Positions 58,342 to 64,000 of a DNA stretch of 64,000 bases are shown here, in pieces. The stretch is from Candidatus Omnitrophota bacterium. Its GTDB lineage: Bacteria > Omnitrophota > Omnitrophia > Omnitrophales > Aquincolibacteriaceae. The notes below the pieces were generated by a model, which had not been told where the DNA came from, made no database searches, and saw only the letters and a program-made list of their open reading frames with translations. The stretch is from the NCBI GenBank assembly GCA_030698625.1, contig JAUYMS010000030.1, forward strand, positions 148,016-212,015, given 5' to 3'. Both the position numbers and the translations under genes were made by a program. How positions within the stretch are numbered: position 1 is the stretch's first letter; every line of letters starts with the position of its first letter.

Positions 58342-61300
58342 ATGCTAAACCGAATCCTTGAATTTGCTGTTCGACAACGTTTATCTGTAGTGATCGCCAC
58401 GCTTGCGCTCGTCGCTATTGGAATTTGGTCGGCAACGAAATTGCCTATTGATGCGGTGCCAGACATTACTAATATTCAAGTCCAGGTGAATACCGTTGTG
58501 CCCGCTCTGGCTCCCGAAGAAATTGAAAAGCTTGTCACTTTTCCAATCGAAAATGAAATGGCGGGAATTCCCGGTTTGACAGAGCTTCGCTCACTTTCCA
58601 AGTTTGGTCTTTCTCAGGTAACGCTTGTTTTTGAAGAAGGCACGGACATTTATCGTTCGCGTCAATTAGTCAGCGAGCGGTTGCAGACTGTAATGGATGA
58701 ACTCCCGCCGAGTCTCACACCCAAACTTGCGCCAATTAGCACAGGTCTTGGCGAAATTTTTTACTATGTTGTGGAATATGCTGCCGATGCAGTGAAGAAA
58801 CCCGCCACCCGCGATGCTCAACTTATGGAGCTTAAGCTCATTCACGATTTTCTTATCAAGCCCCGCTTGCGTTCAACGCGAGGAATCGCTGAAGTCAATT
58901 CATCAGGAGGCTACGAAAAACAAATTGTCATTGAAGCTAATCCAGACAAGCTTAAAAGTGTGGGCATGTCATTTAGCGAAATCGCGGCGTCTATCGGTGA
59001 AAATGTGGAGAATGCCGGCGGCAGTGTGATTCAGATCGGGGGCGAACAGGTAGCGGTCCGTGCTGCGGGCCGGGTGCAAACCTTAGCAGAGATTGAGCAG
59101 TTGCCGCTCAAGTTTGGTGCGCGAGCAACCCCGTTGCGTGTGAAAGATGTTGCAGATGTTGTGATTGGAAAGGCAGTACGAAATGGCGCGAGTACCTATA
59201 ACGGTGAGGAATGCGTTTTAGGTTCAGCCCTGATGCTGGCCGGTGAAAACAGCCGTCTTGTCGCAAAAGCGGTTGCTGAGAAATTAAAGGAATTAGAAAC
59301 GAAACTGCCGGAAGGCGTGAAAATTATTCCGGTTTATGATCGCACGAAACTCGTGGACCGCACGATTCATACGGTGGAGTCAAGTTTGTTTGAAGGAGCG
59401 ATTCTCGTTGTTGTGGTGCTCCTCGTGATGTTGGGTAATTGGCGGGCAGCGATTATTGTCGCGCTTGCGATTCCTCTTTCCATGCTGTTCGCAATTACGG
59501 GAATGGTCCAGGGCCGAGTTTCCGGCAATTTGATGAGTTTGGGGGCCATTGATTTCGGTTTAATTGTCGATGGAGCCGTTGTTATGGTTGAAAATATGAT
59601 CCGCCATATTGCTGAAAAGCAGCATCATCTTAAACGCAGGCTTACTCCCTCTGAGCGTTCCGACGAAATTCTCCGCTCTGCAAAAGAAGTTGCCAGCCCG
59701 ATGTTTTTTGGAGTTCTTATTATTATGGTGGTTTATTTTCCGATCCTGGCACTGACCGGAATTGAGGGAAAGATGTTCCGACCAATGGCGATCACGGTTA
59801 TTTTTGCGCTTATGGGGGCATTGATTCTGGCGCTGACCCTTATGCCCGCGCTTTGTTCTTATTTGTTGAGTGGTGACATTAAAGAAAAAGATTCCTGGCT
59901 TGTGAGTTTGGCGAAGAAAGGCTATACCCCCATTTTAAATTTCGCATTGCATTCACGTAAAAAAGTGATTGGTGGCGGAATAGGACTTTTTGCTTTGGCC
60001 GTGATTGTTTTTAACAATCTCGGTGCGGAATTTGTGCCGCAGCTAGATGAAGGCTCCTTTGCCACGCACATGATCCGAACTACAAGCATCGGGATTAATG
60101 CCAGTATTGATATGCAAAAACGCGGTGAAAAGATGCTTTTAGAAAAGTTTCCCGAGGTGGATTATATCTTCAGCCGTTTGGGCACGGCGGAAGTTGCGAC
60201 AGACCCTATGGGTGTTAATGTGGCGGATACCTACATCATGTTTAAACCGCATAAACAATGGAGGAAAATAAAGTGGCGACGTATTACAAAGGACGAGCTA
60301 GCAAATCTTATGACCAAAGAGCTAGGCACCTATGTCCCGGGAGAGGCACACCTTTTCAGTCAGCCGATTGAAATGCGCTTTAACGAGATTCTTGAAGGAA
60401 CCCGGGCGGACATCGCGGTGAAAATTTTCGGGGATGATTTCCCCGTGATTGAAAAAATTGCAAGTGAAGCTCGAGAGATTTTAGAAAAAATACCCGGTGC
60501 TGCTGATGTGGAATTTGATGCTTTAGGAAAAGCGCCCTTATTGGAAATTGTCCCGAAACGAGATGCGATGAGTAAATACAATCTCCATGCTGCAGAACTA
60601 AACCGTGTTGTCAATACGGCGCTAGCTGGGGAGGAAGTGGGCAAGCTCATCGAAGGCAACCGGCGTTTTGATATTGTTGTACGGCTTAACGAAAAGCTTC
60701 GTGAGAATATCGATGAATTAAAACGGCTGCCGGTACGGGTGGATGACGGTGGACTATTGACGCTTGGCCAGGTCGCCGACTTTAAAATCGTCGAGCAGGT
60801 AGCGGCTATTGCTCGCGAATTTAGCCAGCGCCGTGCGGCCATTATGATTAATTTGCGAGGCCGCGATGTAGAAAGTTTTGTTCTGGAGGCACAGCAGAAA
60901 ATCAAAGATCAGATCAAGTTGCCGGATGGTTATACCATTGAGTTCGGTGGACAGTTTAAGAATTTGATCGACGCAAAACGCAGGCTTGGCGTAGTTGTTC
61001 CGGTGGCGATGCTGCTTATCTTTGTCCTGATTTTTATAGCTCTCCGTAGTTTTCGTCAGTCACTGCTCGTCTTTCTGGCGGTTCCTCTCGCTGTCACGGG
61101 AGGAGTATTCGCGCTCGCCCTGAGGGGTCTACCGTTTAGTATTTCAGCGGGAGTTGGTTTTATCGCCGTAAGCGGCATTGCGGTATTAAACGGACTTATG
61201 ATCATCACGTTTTTTAATCAACTTCGCGCGCAAGGAGCGGATGTACGGACATCTGTCTGGGATGGCTCTCTGCTTCGGTTACGCCCAAAACTCATGACAG

Positions 61301-61494
61301 CGCTTGTGGCCTCGCTTGGGTTTGTGCCTATGGCGATTGCGCACGGAGCGGGTGCCGAAGTCCAGCGTCCGCTTGCCACAGTCGTTATTGGCGGAATCAT
61401 AACGTCCACTTTTCTTACTCTAGTTTTACTGCCCGTACTTTACGAATGGTTAGAACAAAGAAAATCGAAAGAAAACAAAGGAGCTAAACTGTGA
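58342..61494 (+). CDS. czcA: CzcA/CusA-family heavy-metal efflux RND transporter
   Basis: LPIDAVPDITNIQV, MSLGAIDFGLIVDGAVVMVEN, GAEVQRPLATVVIGG. Confidence 0.95.
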   Translation: MLNRILEFAVRQRLSVVIATLALVAIGIWSATKLPIDAVPDITNIQVQVNTVVPALAPEEIEKLVTFPIENEMAGIPGLTELRSLSKFGLSQVTLVFEEGTDIYRSRQLVSERLQTVMDELPPSLTPKLAPISTGLGEIFYYVVEYAADAVKKPATRDAQLMELKLIHDFLIKPRLRSTRGIAEVNSSGGYEKQIVIEANPDKLKSVGMSFSEIAASIGENVENAGGSVIQIGGEQVAVRAAGRVQTLAEIEQLPLKFGARATPLRVKDVADVVIGKAVRNGASTYNGEECVLGSALMLAGENSRLVAKAVAEKLKELETKLPEGVKIIPVYDRTKLVDRTIHTVESSLFEGAILVVVVLLVMLGNWRAAIIVALAIPLSMLFAITGMVQGRVSGNLMSLGAIDFGLIVDGAVVMVENMIRHIAEKQHHLKRRLTPSERSDEILRSAKEVASPMFFGVLIIMVVYFPILALTGIEGKMFRPMAITVIFALMGALILALTLMPALCSYLLSGDIKEKDSWLVSLAKKGYTPILNFALHSRKKVIGGGIGLFALAVIVFNNLGAEFVPQLDEGSFATHMIRTTSIGINASIDMQKRGEKMLLEKFPEVDYIFSRLGTAEVATDPMGVNVADTYIMFKPHKQWRKIKWRRITKDELANLMTKELGTYVPGEAHLFSQPIEMRFNEILEGTRADIAVKIFGDDFPVIEKIASEAREILEKIPGAADVEFDALGKAPLLEIVPKRDAMSKYNLHAAELNRVVNTALAGEEVGKLIEGNRRFDIVVRLNEKLRENIDELKRLPVRVDDGGLLTLGQVADFKIVEQVAAIAREFSQRRAAIMINLRGRDVESFVLEAQQKIKDQIKLPDGYTIEFGGQFKNLIDAKRRLGVVVPVAMLLIFVLIFIALRSFRQSLLVFLAVPLAVTGGVFALALRGLPFSISAGVGFIAVSGIAVLNGLMIITFFNQLRAQGADVRTSVWDGSLLRLRPKLMTALVASLGFVPMAIAHGAGAEVQRPLATVVIGGIITSTFLTLVLLPVLYEWLEQRKSKENKGAKL

Positions 61495-61947
61495 AGACTT
61501 TATCGAAATTGATTATTGTCGCAAGCATTCTCTTTGCCGCATCCAGTGTTTATGCTGAGACCCCGCATGGTCATGATCACGATGCGCCTGTTGGCGGTCC
61601 CAAAGGCGGACGATTGCTTGAACATACCGAACCTCATGCTGAATTTTTTGTGGAAAAAGACCTCTCCGTGACGGTCACTTTTTATGATAAAGAATTAAAG
61701 CCTGTTCCGGTTGCGGAACAAAGCGTATCGGTTATTGCTGAAACGGGTGGAAAGAAAACAACATTGGATTTCGAGAAAAAAGGAGATGTGCTGGTAAGTA
61801 AGGGGCCGCTGCCTAAAGAACATGCGCTCAATCTCGTGGTGCAGTTTAAACAAACTCCCGATGACAAGGCCCGCAATTTTCGTTTACGAAGATCATATTT
61901 GTGATGTTTGCAAACGTGCCGAGTACGCATGTATCTGCGGTCATTAA
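61491..61947 (+). CDS. Exported His-rich protein with a Cys-rich tail in the +1 frame (probable frameshift near 61885)
   Basis: HGHDHD...GGPKGGRLL. The annotated frame stops at 61904; the +1 frame reads YEDHICDVCKRAEYACICGH* to 61947. Confidence 0.7.
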
Positions 61948-61948
61948 A

Positions 61949-62296
61949 ATGAGTGAGACAGCTTTCTTTGCATTTAAGGTGATAATGTCGGCCTTGATTA
62001 TTACGGGAGCATCGTGGCTCTCCGGAAAAAAACCTTTTCTTGCAGGGTTTTTAATTGCGCTACCGCTGATGTCGATGCTGGCTATTCTTTTTTCTTATTT
62101 GCAATACCGGGATATGGATAAAGTTAATCAATTTGCCAGTTCAATCCTTGTGGCAGTTCCTTTATCACTATGCTTTTTTGTCCCCTTTCTTTTGAACCGC
62201 TGGCTCAAAATGAATTTTGTTATGACTTTTGGAGCAGGGCTTATCTTTCTAGGAGTTGCTTTTTTTATTCATTCTTGGACTTTTCAATCAAAATAA
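61949..62296 (+). CDS. DUF3147-like small membrane protein
   Basis: KVIMSALII...LAGFLIALPLMS. Confidence 0.7.
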   Translation: MSETAFFAFKVIMSALIITGASWLSGKKPFLAGFLIALPLMSMLAILFSYLQYRDMDKVNQFASSILVAVPLSLCFFVPFLLNRWLKMNFVMTFGAGLIFLGVAFFIHSWTFQSK

Positions 62297-62309
62297 GAGA
62301 TAAGAATTT

Positions 62310-62642
62310 ATGGCTCAAGTAGGACAATCAATCCTAATTTTTATCCTTGCCGGTCTTTGCGAAATAGGCGGAGGCTATCTTATTTGGCAATCCATTCGCA
62401 ATGGAAAAGGGATATTGTTCGGTGTAATCGGTGCGGTAATTCTCATTCTCTACGGAATTATTCCGACATTTCAGCAAGCGCATTTTGGTCGGGTCTATGC
62501 GGCTTATGGCGGCGTTTTTGTGGTCATGTCTCTTTTATGGGGATGGGGTTTTGATAAAACAGTTCCTGATAGCGCTGACATGATTGGCGCACTGCTTTGC
62601 TTAATCGGGATAGCAGTCATCATGTATTGGCCGCGTCCCTAA
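62310..62642 (+). CDS. ynfA: YnfA/UPF0060 family membrane protein
   Basis: AGLCEIGGGYLIW, FGRVYAAYGGVF. Confidence 0.93.
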   Translation: MAQVGQSILIFILAGLCEIGGGYLIWQSIRNGKGILFGVIGAVILILYGIIPTFQQAHFGRVYAAYGGVFVVMSLLWGWGFDKTVPDSADMIGALLCLIGIAVIMYWPRP

Positions 62643-62646
62643 AAAT

Positions 62647-63261
62647 ATGGAATCGAAAGCGCACTGGGAAAACATTTATCAAACGAAAAAAGCAGATCAA
62701 GTAAGCTGGTTTCAGTCGCATTTGGCAAAGTCGCTTGAATTCATACTTGAGCTTGGTTTACCAAAGGACGGAGCCATTATTGATGTTGGAGCTGGCGCCT
62801 CTACTTTGCCGGACGATCTGCTAGCTAAAGGCTTTCGAAATATAACCGTCCTTGATATTTCAGCTGAAGCACTTGAAGTTTCGAAGAACCGGCTTGTCGA
62901 TAAAGCAAAACAGATTACATGGCTAGAAGCCGATATCACCAACGTCCCGCTTAAAAACAATCACTACCAGTTATGGCATGACCGCGCGGTGTTTCATTTC
63001 TTAACCAATCCGAAAGAGCGAAAAAAATATACGCAAACGCTTAAAGACTCTCTGCTAAAGGAAGGCTATGCGCTCATTGCTACGTTCGGTCCAAATGGCC
63101 CTTTAAAGTGTAGCGGCCTTGAGATTGTCCGGTATTCGTCCGAAAGCCTTCAAAGAGAGCTTAAAGAAGAATTTGAATTGAAGAAGCATTTTCTTGAAAA
63201 TCACAAGACACCTTTCGAAACGACTCAAGAATTCCTTTACTGCCTTTTCCAAAAGAAATGA
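62647..63261 (+). CDS. Class I SAM-dependent methyltransferase
   Basis: HWENIY, IIDVGAGAS, WHDRAVFHFL, CSGL. Confidence 0.92.
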   Translation: MESKAHWENIYQTKKADQVSWFQSHLAKSLEFILELGLPKDGAIIDVGAGASTLPDDLLAKGFRNITVLDISAEALEVSKNRLVDKAKQITWLEADITNVPLKNNHYQLWHDRAVFHFLTNPKERKKYTQTLKDSLLKEGYALIATFGPNGPLKCSGLEIVRYSSESLQRELKEEFELKKHFLENHKTPFETTQEFLYCLFQKK

Positions 63262-63458
63262 CCGAGGGCTTTTTCGAGGGCTTAATATCGGCCTATATCG
63301 AATAATCCCGGTACATTTCGGTCTACCCACTTTTCGATGAAAGCCCCGCTTTCCCATCGTAATTTGCTATAATTTGGTCATACTGGACTATATCGGTTTA
63401 CCTGCGTACGCGGACTTCGGAGCAGAGGGTTACAGGTTCAAGTCCTGTCGGGCGCAGA
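63259..63458 (+). repeat. 200-bp att-arm plus tRNA 3'-half direct repeat, copy 2 (attR-like)
   Basis: Contains an exact copy of tRNA-Arg nt 54196-54237 at 63415-63456. Confidence 0.95.
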
Positions 63459-63487
63459 CCGATAAACTGACCCAGGATCGGAGGCTT

Positions 63488-64000
63488 GTGGCCCAGCGAC
63501 TTCTCGCCCTTCTATTAGCGTTTACGCTTACGACCGCCGGTTGTGTGTCGGGCGGGGGCGGCCGTGAGGCCGACGTGTCGCGGGGTCTGGGCCTCAGCAG
63601 TGATGAAATCAAGGTCGGCGAGAAGATTCATGCCGAAATCATCTCCCAGTTCTACCTCTACACCGAACCCTCCGTCGTGGATTATGTCGAGGCGATTAAA
63701 GAGGCCGTCGCCGCTCAGGCCGGCCGGCAGAGTTTCCCCTATCGTTTGACCCTGCTCCACCACGAAAAAATCTATGCGACATCGGCTCCCGGCGGGTATC
63801 TCTACGTGACGACGGGCATGCTCAATTTTCTGCAGAACGACGCCGAACTCGCCGCGGTCCTTGCGCACGAAATCGGTCAGCTTCAAATCCGCGACCCGCG
63901 CCTTTCGGTGGGGCGCAAAATGCTGCAGACCCTGACTAGAACCGGCGCGTTTGCGGCCCCGCTTTTCGGGCAATTCGGCGCGCTTGCAGCATTGGGCCTC
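63488..64000 (+). CDS. M48-family metalloprotease-like lipoprotein (3' end lies outside the window)
   Basis: GTG start, lipobox TAGC, ATSAPGGYLYVTTGML, ELAAVLAHEIGQ; frame open to the window end. Confidence 0.8.
   Translation, partial: MAQRLLALLLAFTLTTAGCVSGGGGREADVSRGLGLSSDEIKVGEKIHAEIISQFYLYTEPSVVDYVEAIKEAVAAQAGRQSFPYRLTLLHHEKIYATSAPGGYLYVTTGMLNFLQNDAELAAVLAHEIGQLQIRDPRLSVGRKMLQTLTRTGAFAAPLFGQFGALAALGL

Larger units (their letters stand above)
54196..63456. mobile_element. Composite genomic island in tRNA-Arg(TCG): two tandem integrase-less cassettes
   Basis: 42-bp exact repeat 54196-54237 = 63415-63456, with an internal variant at 55755-55796. Visibly more AT-rich than the sequence after 63456. 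Confidence 0.9.

Overview
Bacterial chromosomal window; Omnitrophota/PVC is my inference from the giant secreted proteins and gene content, not a verified assignment. 1-27 kb: a LytTR response regulator, a BtsR-like direct-repeat box, an unannotated 53-aa ORF, a 6396-aa secreted modular protein, a 1224-aa Pro/Thr-linker protein, a basic beta-rich protein, tRNA-Phe, a ROK kinase and a DUF1016-SNase fusion. 27-63.5 kb is a mostly co-oriented accessory mosaic (transporters, TPR proteins, HipBA, a glycoside hydrolase, metal resistance, a desaturase, several pseudogenes). I found no integrase or transposase, yet it is divided by three families of junction repeats. (i) Four sites at 43.3-46.4 kb delimit three gene cassettes and read LPxLDxFR on the minus strand; two of these reading frames end in ssrA-like tails. 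(ii) Two integrase-less cassettes are stacked behind tRNA-Arg(UCG); each ends in the same 200-bp block of arm plus tRNA 3' half, and one copy carries a fully compensated variant T-stem. (iii) A REP-like hairpin has halves that sit at gene ends. These cassette systems and the giant protein with variable disulfide loops are the best novelty candidates. All product calls come from motif reading, with no database searches.
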